64,000 nt of DNA from Octopus bimaculoides. Lineage: Eukaryota. This document shows, piece by piece, positions 37,811 to 52,886 of the stretch; the stretch's first letter is position 1, and every line of letters starts with the position of its first letter. The position numbers and the translations under genes were made by a program. The notes under the pieces were generated by a model, which did not search any database, had not been told where the DNA came from, and worked only from the letters and a program-made list of their open reading frames with translations. The stretch covers positions 54,616,889-54,680,888 of the forward strand of contig NC_068984.1 of NCBI RefSeq assembly GCF_001194135.2, written 5' to 3'.

Positions 37811-38151
37811 TTCTTTCACCGAATACAACAATAGTAGAATTTTGACCGAATAGCAGTGTCTATTTCCTCAATGTTCATTTGAACTAATAGTTAGTTACAA
37901 CATAATTACTATCCTTATTCATTCTGATAATGTATCGATGCTGATTTAAGCTGAGCTTATGTCTTAGCTCTTAGGTTCGGAAAATTAATTCACTGTTATA
38001 CCCCATATTTGTTACTGAATAAGGCTGATTTCAAACGAAACGGGTTAAATTACTTTCCATTTGTGAGTTTTGAAAATACCCTAAGAGTCTTCTTATAACA
38101 AATATAGACATACACTAATTACATTCCTACGCGCGCGCGAACACACACAGA

Positions 38152-38400
38152 GGACGCATTGCCTAGTGGTTAGAGCGTTGCACTAACGATCGTGAGATCG
38201 TGGTTTCAGTTCTTAGGCCGAGAGGTGCGTTGTGTTGTTGGGCAAAACACTTGATCTCCCGTCGCTCTGCGATCACTTCCGCATCTGATGCATGGTTCAC
38301 CGTTGCACCTGTTCAGGTAAGGTCGATTTGATGAAGAGAGTGAGCCAATGCACGACACATACACTATAAACAAATCATTTGTGCAGGTCGTTTCAGAAAA
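38152..38400 (+). mobile_element. tRNA-derived SINE (family D)
   Basis: A box GCCTAGTGGTTAGAGCG, B-box-like GTGGTTTCAGTTC, then TGTTGGGCAAAACACTT (CORE-like) and a non-tRNA body. Confidence 0.7.
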
Positions 38401-38687
38401 TGCTGTATATATATATATTGTACGATATAAAGATGATATTTTTTTCGAATGTAGGATTGCCGTACGCACAGCAGAAATAATACGTAAAATTACCCTTACA
38501 AAGCCGAAGTCGTGAGGGATGTGGGTTCGAGCCCCATACCTGTTTGTTGAATAGTTTTCCTACTATGTAAGAGTAATTTCCTCAGCGTCTCTGCTGCTCT
38601 AACGGCAATTCTGCGTTCGAAAAATATCGTCTTATTTGTATCGTACAATGCACATTTTGACGCTTAAAAAAACAAATGTTTGTTTAT

Positions 38688-38724
<37 letters not shown>

Positions 38725-38919
38725 GTAGTAATAAATACATAGAGTATGGAGACTATATACTCCAGACGATATTACTGTCCAGCGAAGCGAACTTGGAATT
38801 ACCCAACGGAAAGTTTCACAGAGTGACTGACAACTAATAGTCACAGACGATCGCTGTGGTTACCCGTAAACTGGAACTTAACTGATGGCCACCACGAAAT
38901 CCGCCTGAATATATAATAG

Positions 38920-38955
<36 letters not shown>

Positions 38956-39484
38956 NNNNNNNNNNNNNNNNNNNNNNNNNNNNNNNNNNNNNNNNNNNNN
39001 NNNNNNNNNNNNNNNNNNNNNNNNNNNNNNNNNNNNNNNNNNNNNNNNNNNNNNNNNNNNNNNNNNNNNNNNNNNNNNNNNNNNNNNNNNNNNNNNNNNN
39101 NNNNNNNNNNNNNNNNNNNNNNNNNNNNNNNNNNNNNNNNNNNNNNNNNNNNNNNNNNNNNNNNNNNNNNNNNNNNNNNNNNNNNNNNNNNNNNNNNNNN
39201 NNNNNNNNNNNNNNNNNNNNNNNNNNNNNNNNNNNNNNNNNNNNNNNNNNNNNNNNNNNNNNNNNNNNNNNNNNNNNNNNNNNNNNNNNNNNNNNNNNNN
39301 NNNNNNNNNNNNNNNNNNNNNNNNNNNNNNNNNNNNNNNNNNNNNNNNNNNNNNNNNNNNNNNNNNNNNNNNNNNNNNNNNNNNNNNNNNNNNNNNNNNN
39401 NNNNNNNNNNNNNNNNNNNNNNNNNNNNNNNNNNNNNNNNNNNNNNNNNNNNNNNNNNNNNNNNNNNNNNNNNNNNNNNNNNNN

Positions 39485-39524
<40 letters not shown>

Positions 39525-39889
39525 GGGAGAGAAACACATACATGCATTATTAGCATACTAAATTTGATGATTGTTTTAAAATTCATTGACACTCTCCTAA
39601 ACTGCTCCACTAAGGAATTAAAAACTACATCAAAATTACTGCGTGAATAATGTACACTATGTAACGAAAATAACAAGAAAACACATCTGAATTAATACAT
39701 AATAAATAACCGTAGCTCAGCTTAAGTTTCGTACTTGAGCTTGCGTGACCATCAGAGGAGGTGGGGAATCAATTTAAAGTTATTTTTTCTGATACACATC
39801 CTATAGTAACTATAAAATAAAGAAGATTACTCATACGCAAAACGATAAATAGTAGGAACTTAAAATATACTTTACTGAACTGACATACA

Positions 39890-39920
<31 letters not shown>

Positions 39921-40032
39921 GTGTGCATCGATTTATGTATGTATGCATCTTTGTATTTACGTAAGCACGTGTGTATGCATTTGTTTTTATCGTCTATGTA
40001 TGTATGTATGTTTCTATCTATCTATATTTCAT

Positions 40033-40415
40033 GGAGGCGCAATGGCTCTGTGGTTAGGGCAGTGGACTCGCGGTCATGGGATCGCGGTTTCGATTCCCAG
40101 ACGGAGCGTTGTGAATATTTATTGAGCGAAACACATAAAGCTCCACGAGGATCAAGCAGTGAGTGGTGGTGAACACTGCTGTACTCTTTCACCACAACTT
40201 TCTCTCACTCCTTCTTCCTGTATCTGTTGTACTTGTATTTCAAAGGGCCAACTTTGTCACACACTGTATCACGCTGAATCTACCCGAGAACTACGTTAAG
40301 GGTACACGTGCCTGTAGAGTGCTCAACCACTTGCACATTAATTTCACGAGTAGGCTGGTTTCCGTTGATCGGATCAACTGGGATCCACGTCTTCGTAACC
40401 GACAGAGTGCCACGA

Positions 40416-40416
<1 letters not shown>
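40033..40416 (+). mobile_element. Full-length SINE family C with (TATC)n tail
   Basis: GGAGGCGCAATGGCTCTGTGGTTAGGGCAG (A box), GGTTTCGATTCCC (B box), body matching 36904-37242; (TATC)n at 40417-40446. Confidence 0.9.
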
Positions 40417-40446
<30 letters not shown>

Positions 40447-40753
40447 CATATTTCTACATACATGCATATTTAAGAGAATGTGAGTTTATGGGAGAGAGAG
40501 AGAGATCTATATAATATAAACACAAGCACATACATATATGTGCGTGTGTACATCAATGTCAATATATATTTCTACATACATATTGAGCCGAGTGAGTTAA
40601 TGAGGGAGAGAGAAAGAGAGAGAGAGAGAAAGAAAGATGGAGAGAGAGAGAGATGTATATAATATAAATATAATCGTATGTATGTATCTATTTTTGTAGC
40701 TTGTATAATGATCTGAAACGTACGTATTAAATGCGATAAAACTATCAAAATTT

Positions 40754-41347
40754 AAAGTGAAGTATATTTGCCACTTAAATGTGGCTGACTCCTAAGGGTG
40801 GATGTTACTGTTGCTTTTAGCCCCAGGAGAACATCTCCTCCAGCTGGCTATCGACACACATCTGTGTCCTGTCTATATGTGCAAAGGGAAGTTATCTTTC
40901 CCATCTTGATCTGCGATACGTACGGACTCGAGTTTCAGGGTAGTTTCCCTTCTTCAGCGTACGACAATCGCCGATTGGCAAATATACTTCACTTTATCGT
41001 GCAGTTACTGTTAATACCTCGTTCAGAGATTTAATATTGCTTGTTTTCACTTTTTCGATATCAGTGAATAACTTCACTGGAAAAAGTCTTATATATTTTG
41101 CAAGGAAATATCTTTCGCATCGAAGATTGGTGATTGTCGTACGCTGAAGAAGGGAAACTACCCTGAAACTCGAGTCTGTACGTATCGCAGATCAAGATGG
41201 GAAAGATAACTTCCCTTTGCAAATATAGACAGGACGCAGATGTGTGTCGATAGCCAGCTGGAGGAGATGTTCTCCTGGGGCTAAAAGCAACAATAACATC
41301 CACCCTTAGGGGTCAGCTACATTTAAGTGGCAAATATACTTCACTTT
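40754..41347. repeat. 222-bp inverted repeat (arms 40754-40975 and 41126-41347)
   Basis: Arms are reverse complements with about 8 mismatches by eye; 150-bp spacer. Confidence 0.95.
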
Positions 41348-41394
41348 ATCGTGCAGTTACTGTTAATACCTCGTTCAGAGATTTAACGTTGCTT
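40977..41394 (+). repeat. 66-bp direct repeat (40977-41042 and 41329-41394)
   Basis: GGCAAATATACTTCACTTTATCGTGCAGTTACTGTTAATACCTCGTTCAGAGATTTAA..TTGCTT occurs twice. Confidence 0.95.
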
Positions 41395-41536
41395 ATCAAT
41401 ATTTAGTTTGACTTTATACAACTCTGAGACTTTACAAGCTAGCCACTTACTCCGTTTAAACGGATACTCTGGTTTCTTCTACTGGAACTAAGTCGGAAAC
41501 CTGCATCACTTTTAACTATAACACGATAGATGCATA

Positions 41537-41612
<76 letters not shown>

Positions 41613-41929
41613 AGTATATATGCACACATATGTATATATATCTACATCTATATTACCATATATAGTTATTGTATTTGTGAAATTAAAACTTTGTTACTAC
41701 TTAAGAGATTCTCGAGTGTGGCCTACATAAATAAGTTCAGACGATTAAGACCTGATATTTATAGAAAAATGTCATCTACTGAACTCATTAGGGAGAGTCT
41801 TGTGTGACTGACAATTTGAAGTTATACTACTGGGTCCAAGCTGTTGCAGGTATGTCTGTGCCGGTATAAGAGGTCGCAATGAAAACAGAGCAAAGCGCCC
41901 AGGCTAGATGTTGGGCATGGAGTCAACAA

Positions 41930-42360
41930 TAACGTATTTATGCTATGCGACCTTCGATGGCAATAAAAATCCCACCAACCAACGAGATAAAAGGGTCATT
42001 CAAGCAGTGTTTACGAAAGCGTGTAGGGAATTATGATGAATTCAGTCTCTCAATGTCAAATCTTGTTCTAATATATAGCTCAAGATGCTGGCCAAATGAT
42101 AAAAAGTGGCATGAATATATAAAAACTTTCCACGAGGGATATCTGAAAAAAAAATCTACCGTATCATCTGGTTCAATAAAGATTCTGCTCTTTGAAATAC
42201 AGTGCCGGTAGTTCAAATGGCAAGGCCACATATTCAGAAAGTACCAGACTAAAATATTAATGGAAGCGCATTAAAATTGACCCGGAAAAGCGAACATGTG
42301 GATAGCCAAAGAACTCATCGCATAAAACAGTCTGTCAAGAGAAATGCGTCTTACATGGGG
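41930..42360 (+). mobile_element. Decayed RTE-type LINE C-terminal fragment
   Basis: SNLVLIYSSRCW...KTFHEGYLKK...CR*FKWQGHIFR resembles SN..SVLLYGSETW...F...CLRRI...RR.KW.GH..R. Confidence 0.6.
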
Positions 42361-43294
42361 CAAAGTACAGAGTTGTTCTAGACCAATCCAAATTGTATCG
42401 AATCGTCAAGCTCTTATTTAATAACTGGGAGGAGTGGAATTATTGCCAGTATGCTTATCCTTTCTGATTACATTGTGGTTGAAATAATGTCCGTGAAATG
42501 ATCGTCAGATGCTTTTTAGTTTTTTAATTTTTAGACTTTCATAATATTTATACTCAATTACGCACACATTTTTATATGCATTTATATACACATGTATTTA
42601 TATGTACATTTGTATTTTTTTATATATATTTATATTTTGTACATCTTAAATTTTAATTTAATNNNNNNNNNNNNNNNNNNNNNNNNNNNNNNNNNNNNNN
42701 NNNNNNNNNNNNNNNNNNNNNNNNNNNNNNNNNNNNNNNNNNNNNNNNNNNNNNNNNNNNNNATATATAAACAAAATTCGAAAGGAGAAACAAACTCTAA
42801 GATGTAGAGCAGTATATATTAAAAATGGGGAAGGCTAGCTTATGAAATTACCTTAGGAGCCCACAAGATGGTGGCACAGCCGGAAGTCGATAGTCAATAG
42901 CAAAGGGAGATAATCCCTAATTCTTACCTTTGAATAACGAGGCATTTCCCTTTCCATTTTTTCAAGAAGGCATGGGCCAACAAGCTTTTGGGATTTGGTG
43001 ATACGCCATAAAGCTAAACCCTCTATGGCTGGAAACCCTAAGATAATCCCATGAACCGGCCGTCCCCATTTTTAGTTATAAATATATATATGTGTGTATG
43101 TATATATGCATATTTATTTGTATATACATATATATATATGTGTATATATATGTGTGTGTGTATATATATATGTGTGTGTGTATATATATATATATGTGTG
43201 TGTGTATATATATGTGTGTTCTGACAATGGAAACCCTGATCTCGCGATCGTAAGTGCATCGATATGTTCACGCGCCTTTGCACACACGCGCGCG

Positions 43295-43351
<57 letters not shown>

Positions 43352-44645
43352 TCATCCACTCGCACAGGCACCTACTCACGCATATGAAGGACATGAACGC
43401 TTGTATTGATGCGATACGTATTTTATAGTTTTGTCTTTAATATTGCTATGAGTAAAGAAAACAATAAATCAAAGGAAAGTATAGACTCCGAGTGAGACTA
43501 TCTTCAATACTTCAGCAGATTGTAGGTTGTAATATTGTAAAACATATCAGACTACTAGAATTTGAGATTGCTAGAACGGCGTCTTTAATAAAAACGAAAA
43601 GCAAATGTAACAAACAAACACAAAAAACACAGAAACGTAAACGTAAAATTACCTTTAAAACCAAAGATAAAACAGGTGTACTACTTGTGCATACCCTACA
43701 TAGTACCCTCAGATGCAAACAGAAAAATATGTACATATATAATCAAGATACTCCAACTGTAACAATATATCCATTCTACGACTGGAGAACTAAACACACG
43801 TTCTTCATATAACGGAAATGGTATTCAAATAAAGCAGCAAGCATTTCTTTAACCAAATGCTTAACAAACTGATCTAACACTTATGATGGCGCAACTGACA
43901 CTGGCAATATTCCATCGAACATACTTCAAGAAGTAGTTCGTCGACCTATTTATCATTGAATTAGTTTCATCAATATATTATGATTATTGTTGTTGTTATT
44001 TGACTTCTATCCATTTCTTTACTCTTCAACTACACATTATTAAATCGACATAAAATTACCAGTTAATATATTCCAAAACAAATTAGAAGGTTCTAAATTC
44101 CGAAGTTGAATCTGTCGAATGGAACCTGTTCTACAAAATGTCATTTTGTTTTGGATTTCTTTTTTTTTTTTTTGTAGTTCCTATATATAATATAGAAACA
44201 TTTTATTGCATACACAGCCGTACCAAAGTTAAACGCTGTTCAGCTCACCATTACGATGGAGAAATTCTCTCCGTCAAATAAGGACATTATTAACAATATT
44301 AACGGAATAACAATTTTTCTTGCCATTTTTGTTTGTCGTTGTGGTATATATATTCTTCCATAATTGATATATTGTTCGCCTTTCCCGCAAATGAAGTAAG
44401 TACATGAGAGTTCAAAGATTTATTTTTCTCACTCCTTTATCAGTAAGAGATTTATTATATATTGATATAAAGTAAGATATTTCAATGTAATGTCACATCA
44501 TAATATTGGATATGATTTCATTCATGCTACTACATGAAAAGTAAACTATGCTTCTCTCTTTGTGTCCACACACACGTTTGTATGACTGTGTTTATATGTT
44601 TGTGTGTGTGTATATATATATATATACATATACACACATATATAC

Positions 44646-44723
<78 letters not shown>

Positions 44724-44731
44724 GTATATAT

Positions 44732-45032
44732 ATTTAGTTTCAGTCATTTGACTACAACCTTTAGTTGAACAAATCGACTCCAGGAATTATTCTTTGTAAG
44801 CCTAGTACTTATTCTATCGGCTATTATGCCGGACCGCTTGGTTACGGGGACATAAACACACCAACATCGGTTGGCAAGCGATGGTGGGGGCAAACACACA
44901 CATACATATATATATACGACGGGCTTCTTTCAGTTTCCGTCTATTTAATCCACTCAAAAGGCTTTGGTAGGCACAAGGCTCTAGTAGAAAACACTTTCCC
45001 AAGGTGCCACGTATTGAACTCGGCACTGTGTG
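44732..45032 (-). mobile_element. SINE family B (head truncated)
   Basis: TTTCAGTCATTTGAC...GGTTACGGGGACATAAACAC...(CA/TA)n...ACGACGGGCTTCTTTCAGTTTCCGTC...CCCAAGGTGCCACG. Confidence 0.88.
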
Positions 45033-45039
45033 AAAGTGG

Positions 45040-45174
45040 CACCTTGGACAGCACTAATAATAAATCAAAAAACATAAAATTATACATAAAAATAAGCATT
45101 TGACGGTTTTATGGATATTTCAAGAATTATAATGCTATGATGCTAGGTGTTTCCATTATTTTGTCCAACCCCTG
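45040..45174 (-). mobile_element. Tc1-like transposon terminal fragment
   Basis: Reverse complement starts TA|CAGGGGTTGGACAAAATAATGGAAACACCT, a typical Tc1 TIR start, next to (TA)n. Confidence 0.6.
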
Positions 45175-46684
45175 TATATATATACATATANNNNNNNNNN
45201 NNNNNNNNNNNNNNNNNNNNNNNNNNNNNNNNNNNNNNNNTATATATATGTTAGAGTTGCAAACCGAGGAAAATATCTTTTGCTGACGAAGTCTCAGTAG
45301 GACGAAGTGTGTCATTTGGATTTTTCTTTCCCAACTTAAAAAGTAGGTTTACTCCAATCTCCATTATTTGTACTTTGCAAAAAATTTTGCTATACTGGTA
45401 GTGATGGAGTTATTCCTTTTGCTCGTTACTTTGAGATTTTAAATGCTCGTTACTTTGAGATTTTAGATGTTTTCCTTATAAATTGCTTTGTGTGGATTTT
45501 CCCCATTAACAAGAATATTAGCCATAGCTTTTAGTCGCAGACGAATCCCCCCCACTTTCTTCAAGCCCAAATAAATAATATAATCTCATTTATTACTTTG
45601 AGTCTCTTTGTCTTGTAAGGAATATAAAAGTAACATAAAGGTATCTGGTAAAGAAGGGGAACGAATTGGATATAGGCTACCTATGAATATAGACATGTTT
45701 TCTTCAACCTGTTTTCATTCGTTACGCACCAACGAGTCTTACCTTCAGGAACTATTCCAAAAAATATTAAAAAAAAATATTAGCAAAGTATTACGGACCC
45801 CATTCCTTCTCTTTGCAGACGGTATCGACAGAGTTCATTTAATTTCACACATGAAACGCGATGCATCAAGGTTACGATCATGTGATCTACATATTTCTGT
45901 ATACTAATGAATAGTTCAATACGAGTTGTAATCCATAATCAAGCAGTTACGTAATTTATATCACCTATCAGCTTTCACACTCCACTAAGTTTCTTCTAAT
46001 AAGTGTTACATCCGCATAATTGCAGCTCTGCACGTTTTCTACGAATAGAAATCTCAACAATTTCATCCAAGTAGATCATGACAATTAGTTTCTTTCAACC
46101 TCATCAAAACACAATCAGTAAACATTAAGCTGTCTTGCACTAAATATCGTTTTTCACTTGAACAACACTCAACCAAAAACAATTTAAAGGCGCTACAAAT
46201 ATTTTACCTTCACAATAAGGATTTTGAGTGGTGACCATTGCCCAAACTACATCCCAAAAGCTAAAGTTCTTTTTCTGAGTAGAAACTATTTCAACTCTTA
46301 TTAGAATATTGACTCTCTACGGAGCTCAATGACATATGTATATACTGGTCACATGTATAACCACATCCAACTTCAAATATTTTAAGACTGTCCAACAAAT
46401 CATGACTGACAGACTACAATCAATATCGCCTCAATCCTTGAATTGACACGCCTTCCCATGTCTCTCATTGTCACTAGTGACGCATGCTACACATTTGATT
46501 CAGTTGGGGGTTATAGTGTCAATATTAGCAAAGTATCAATTACATCAGCCATGCTCGGTATACAGTGATACCAACACACTCCATCTCTGATCAGTTCCTA
46601 CAGAATATACGAAGATGAAAAGGTGAAAATGTAAAAATTCATGCATGCATGTATGTTTGTTATGTATGCATGTCTGTATAGCAT

Positions 46685-47148
<464 letters not shown>

Positions 47149-50100
47149 TATATCTGTATACATGTATGTAATATAAATATATGTTGCATGTCTGTCTGCA
47201 TATGTGTATATGTACGTACTATGGAAGGATGGATATATATATATATATATATATATNNNNNNNNNNNNNNNNNNNNNNNNNNNNNNNNNNNNNNNNNNNN
47301 NNNNNNNNNNNNNNNNNNNNNNNNNNNNNNNNNNNNNNNNNNNNNNNNNNNNNNNNNNNNNNNNNNNNNNNNNNNNNNNNNNNNNNNNNNNNNNNNNNNN
47401 NNNNNNNNNNNNNNNNNNNNNNNNNNNNNNNNNNNNNNNNNNNNNNNNNNNNNNNNNNNNNNNNNNNNNNNNNNNNNNNNNNNNNNNNNNNNNNNNNNNN
47501 NNNNNNNNNNNNNNNNNNNNNNNNNNNNNNNNNNNNNNNNNNNNNNNNNNNNNNNNNNNNNNNNNNNNNNNNNNNNNNNNNNNNNNNNNNNNNNNNNNNN
47601 NNNNNNNNNNNNNNNNNNNNNNNNNNNNNNNNNNNNNNNNNNNNNNNNNNNNNNNNNNNNNNNNNNNNNNNNNNNNNNNNNNNNNNNNNNNNNNNNNNNN
47701 NNNNNNNNNNNNNNNNNNNNNNNNNNNNNNNNNNNNNNNNNNNNNNNNNNNNNNNNNNNNNNNNNNNNNNNNNNNNNNNNNNNNNNNNNNNNNNNNNNNN
47801 NNNNNNNNNNNNNNNNNNNNNNNNNNNNNNNNNNNNNNNNNNNNNNNNNNNNNNNNNNNNNNNNNNNNNNNNNNNNNNNNNNNNNNNNNNNNNNNNNNNN
47901 NNNNNNNNNTATATATATATAATATGGATATATATATATATATATATAATATGGATATATATATATATATATAATATGGATATATATATATATATATATA
48001 TATGGATATATATATACATGTATATATATATGCATGGATATATATATACATACATGTATATATATATATGTATATATATATATATACACATCCATATACA
48101 TACATATATCGATAGATAGTTAAACATACGTATATAAGAACATGCGAACAGCTTTTCCTTAAAAATGGTATCATATCTAAGTCACAGCTGTGTTCTGATT
48201 TGATGTTTTTATTATTATTTTTATACTTATTACCTTAGGTTTTGTGTTTAGTTAAAAAAAATAGTGTTCCTATTAAGTATAATACCTTTCTTCGCACGAA
48301 AGCATACATGCATTTTGTCTGAAGTACATTCAGACAACCAATGTAATATGAAATTTTCAATCTAAGCATGAAAGCTATGAGCTTCGTGGATAAACGTATT
48401 ATCAGTAATTTTCTTATCAATTGACTGTACAATTACAATAAGGAACAATTACAAATCATTTCAATAAAGAATATGGAGCAAGACTAGATATAAAAATATT
48501 TGTTGATAACACTACCATCCTATAAAGAATTGTACATACAAAAAAAAAAAAAAGGAAATAGATTATCGATGGAATGTTTTATATATAACAAATTATAAAC
48601 CAGAAGTACACGTACAGATACATCATACGTTAGATGACATGTGAAAGTAACTGGAGCTGGCTGTAAAACTATTTTAACTCTTACGCACTCTTGTTCTTAT
48701 CACAAAATGTAGCAACAATTGCAACACTATCGTCAATTCATTAAGAACTTGAGGCTGAGAATTTGTTTTAACTCTCAGTCGGATGTGCGCGCGCACACAC
48801 ACACATACATACATAATACATACATACATGCATACATATATATACGTTCACATACACACAATTTGTGTGTGTATGTTTATAAGTGTGTATATATTGTTCA
48901 TATCATAAGAAAGGAATGCACATCTATGAAAAGGTAAACGTCAGAGAATGTGAGAAATATTCAAGAACCCCTTCATAAGGCCCATCGCCAAACAATTTAT
49001 TTGCTGTCATGCGACTTGTGGTTTCTGTTCCGTCATTATAAGGCGCCCACACGAATATTCCTGAACTTTGACAAAGAACGAAGTGGTAGACTTTCCGTAC
49101 TTTTCATACCTGCCTGATATACATACATGCATACATACATACATTTTTGTAAATTTTCAACTCGTAGATGTTAATGACCATCACTCATAAATGGTCTTAT
49201 TCCAGCTGTGAAAGACAATCAGTAATACGCATACTGAAATTTAAAGTCAATAACAGCTTTAACAACACTAACCTACAAAGCCGAGTAGTCCAGAGACAAG
49301 CAAGAGCAAGATCCTTGACGTCGCTGTAAAATGGATATTATTTCGGAATTTCTATCTCATAGAGAGATTAGTAGGTCTCTCACTTTCAGCTGTTGGATGG
49401 CCATTACATTTACTCCCCCTTTGGCATACATACATACATACATACATACATACATACATACATACATACCTGCACACATACATGCACGCATACATGCATA
49501 CATACATATATTAAAAACAACCTTATGATCGAGTTTGTCATTTTTTATTAAAAATTTCTTCATTTTTACCTTAATCTTTTGTATTTAGTTTATAGGAATT
49601 GTGTTCCCAAATCAATTGTTTCATTAATGTTTCAAGATCTTCTCGGTATCATTAAATAAGAGAAATGGTAATAATAGTATGACAGTATGTAGTTCGTGTA
49701 CTTTGTAGTATATCGCAAAGGATTTTACTAATACCGTTATAACTGATACGATCAACAAAATGGGATTTAACATGTGTGTGTGTATACACACACACACACA
49801 CACAAACGCACGCACGCAACTGTTGAACTAGGTTCCAATGATCAAGCTTATGAATCTTTAAGTTGCACACAGCCGAATCAAACTGATATTGAATAATAAT
49901 ATATATGCATACTAATATACATAGACAGAAACTTTTACACAGGCGCACACATAGCACGCGTTATCCTCATCACTTTTGAGTGTTACTAGCCTCTGATTTG
50001 CATCAGTTCCCTTTGACTCATGAAGTCTAAAATGACCGCTCATTCCCACCAATGATTAGCATTGTTTATTGAATATCATACAATACTGCTCAATTGTCTT

Positions 50101-50449
50101 TAAATGGGCAATGTTAAATATTTTGTGAATTCTTGCTCTAAGTTCCAAACATCGATACATTTTTTTTTTCACAAATATTTGAAACTGGATTCTTTCGGTT
50201 GTAGTCTTTCTTTATTTTCTGCGAAATGTTTCAAATCATACAAAGAATTTTGGCTCTTTCCTAGCTAGAATTTTAAGCAATCACTATATCTGAGCTTCTG
50301 TTTTGAATTATTGCATTTAAACTGTAATTTTCAGTAGAACATTTGTTTCGGAAATAGTTATTTCTATTTAAAGGTTCTATATTTGGCAACCCTATTCTCC
50401 GAAAAAAAAAACAAAACCCTTCGATATTTGGAGTGTATAATGAAAGGAT

Positions 50450-50915
50450 GTATCCCCCCAAATTCTGATGAAAATATTTTAGTAATTTGTTTGTGTTTAT
50501 TGATAACTTGTGTTCCAGTGGTATATAGATGAGCTGCCAAAATACATACTATATATTCTGAAACTTTTGCCACAGTTATGCTGCATTTGAGCTTTTCAAA
50601 GGATTGTGAAGAACCTTGATGCCTCCTCATTATAGAGAGGTATTTCATTGTTGCTATCCTTTTTTTGTTGCCAAGAACCCAGCAGACTGGATCATCTGCT
50701 ACGGTTTCTTATTGACTAGGATGACCGATTAAGCATTATATTGATTAGGAGCAGTTTCGTGAATGACTGCGGTCATTTTAGCGCTAATATTGAGCCCGAA
50801 AGCCTTGCAAACATCAGAGAAATGACCCATTAATAATTACTTTTTCATCTCATTGTATGTTGCTTTGTTGCAGTCATCTAAATGTAAGGTGTTTCTGATC
50901 AGAACAATTAATACT
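50450..50915 (-). mobile_element. RTE-BovB-like LINE fragment (RT end)
   Basis: LHLDDC...LMGHFSDVCKAFGLNISAKMTAVIHETAP matches the BovB FADDCAL...FS.AC..FGL.IS.KKT.V.HQPAP motif. Confidence 0.78.
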
Positions 50916-51108
50916 TTCGTTTCAAATAAGTCTCAATAAGTTAAATACTTTGCCTGAAGCTTGTTATTAGATATAGATAAGCTAGGCTATCATTGGAATA
51001 TGTGAAAGATACAACAGTAAAGAACTTTGTGAATAAAGATGCAACGGTGTCTTCTTGTTTAACCCTATTTTCTACTTGGAATAATTCAGAGAATAAATTC
51101 TACTTGGA

Positions 51109-51146
<38 letters not shown>

Positions 51147-52318
51147 TGTGTGTGTCATAAGAATAAATTCTTAAACTCATGCCATCATCCAGAGAGTGTA
51201 TGAGAATAATACACTCTACAAAGTGGTGTATATTGTTCTGAAACCCGATCCTAATATAATTAAAGAAATCGTCCACCACTACATTTTAACCGCTAATTGT
51301 GTCAAATGAATTAGTGAGATCGATAAAACTATGATATAGGGGAAGTTTTACTCTACAATTCACTTGAATTTTGCGGCCTCAAAGATCATATCTACTCTTT
51401 TCCATTTTGTACTGAAGCCATACTGATATTCCGGTAGTATATGTTGTATGAGATCATAAGTCAGCCAATTCAAAATAATTCAGATGTACGTTTTCCTGAT
51501 AAAAGACAATAGAACTGCACATAATCCAATTTCTGGTAAAAGGCAGAGATTCTGAAGACATAAGTGAGATGACCGATCATATTAATCTCTCAAGTTTTTT
51601 TTTTTATACCTCCTAGTCCTTTAAAGCTAAAGGGACCTACCGAAGATCTGAAATCTTAATTCGTATTTCTCAAACTAGTTAGCTCCACAGCAGCCAAGGA
51701 ACTCTATTCACTCCACGCCAACAAAATGTTTTGATAAGACTCAGGGATGCAGATCAGGAACTATCTTATAATAATGCGTGGGGGTCATAGAAATATTTGA
51801 GATGGTAAACGAATACGTTGTAGTATCACTACATTAGTGGTATTACATCGGACTCCTTTACAATCTGTAGTATTTCTATATTCCTGCGCACTATTACAAG
51901 ATTGTTATTGATCTTATGTTGGTTTCTTCCACAGTTTAAACATGTTCTGTTAGTTTCTGGATACATTCATCACAAGCCTAGCGTGGTGGTAGTACCACTT
52001 TAGTTGCCGACTTCCCGACCATGTACCAGGATGAACTAGAATATATGTTACCAGTGGCATACAGAGTGAAGTGTGTCCGAGTGAAAAATTTAATATTGGA
52101 GAATCTTCCAACAATAAGGTATAAGCAGACATTCTTAAAGAGAGAAAGCTTCTCAAAAACAGCATTCTTAAACTACTATTAAAATTCAAACATGAAGAAG
52201 GAATTTATTGCCACAATACTTCTTATTGACAATACGTTGTACATAAAAATATAATTAATTAATGATGAGCCGTCCAGAGAACAAATAAGCAAACTTAGCT
52301 GGACACCACGGTGATATC

Positions 52319-52395
<77 letters not shown>

Positions 52396-52818
52396 ACCCC
52401 ACCACACATAAAGGTAAATGTGCTTGGTTTAACGTTTACGATCTCGAGATCCCGATCATGCGGCAGGAGTTTCTATTCTAAGACTGAGAAGCACGTTGTA
52501 CCTCTGAGCATGGTATTTCATTTCATGTTGCTCTAGTCTACTCAATTAGAAATGAATACTAGCCGAGTGCTAGTGCAGTTCTCTCTTCCACCAGCTGTCA
52601 TATCCTCGATGCCCCACTGGGTGAAAGGCAGCAGAGTTGTGACAGCGTTTTTGTCTGCCCGTGATCACTAGGCATTTAAAGCAACAAGCGAAAGCATGGT
52701 ACAAGTAATCAGATCATACGTACATGCGTATAGTGGCCATGCTTTTAAGCATTATTTGACACAGGACATTAAAGCTTCTTGCATTTTCGCCTGCCAGCTC
52801 ATGTAAAACAATGGAGAG

Positions 52819-52886
<68 letters not shown>

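Noticed and set aside
38152-40110. tRNA genes at A/B-box-containing heads (38152, 40033, 35145)
   Set aside because: No complete cloverleaf or acceptor stem; each continues into a multi-copy SINE body.
42780-43075. Minus-strand 70-codon frame with an AG|GTAAG donor-like site
   Set aside because: No recognisable domain; flanked by a gap and a microsatellite; cannot be distinguished from an unclassified repeat.
46200-46260. SGDHCP as the end of an APE endonuclease
   Set aside because: A single short motif without supporting upstream EN motifs.
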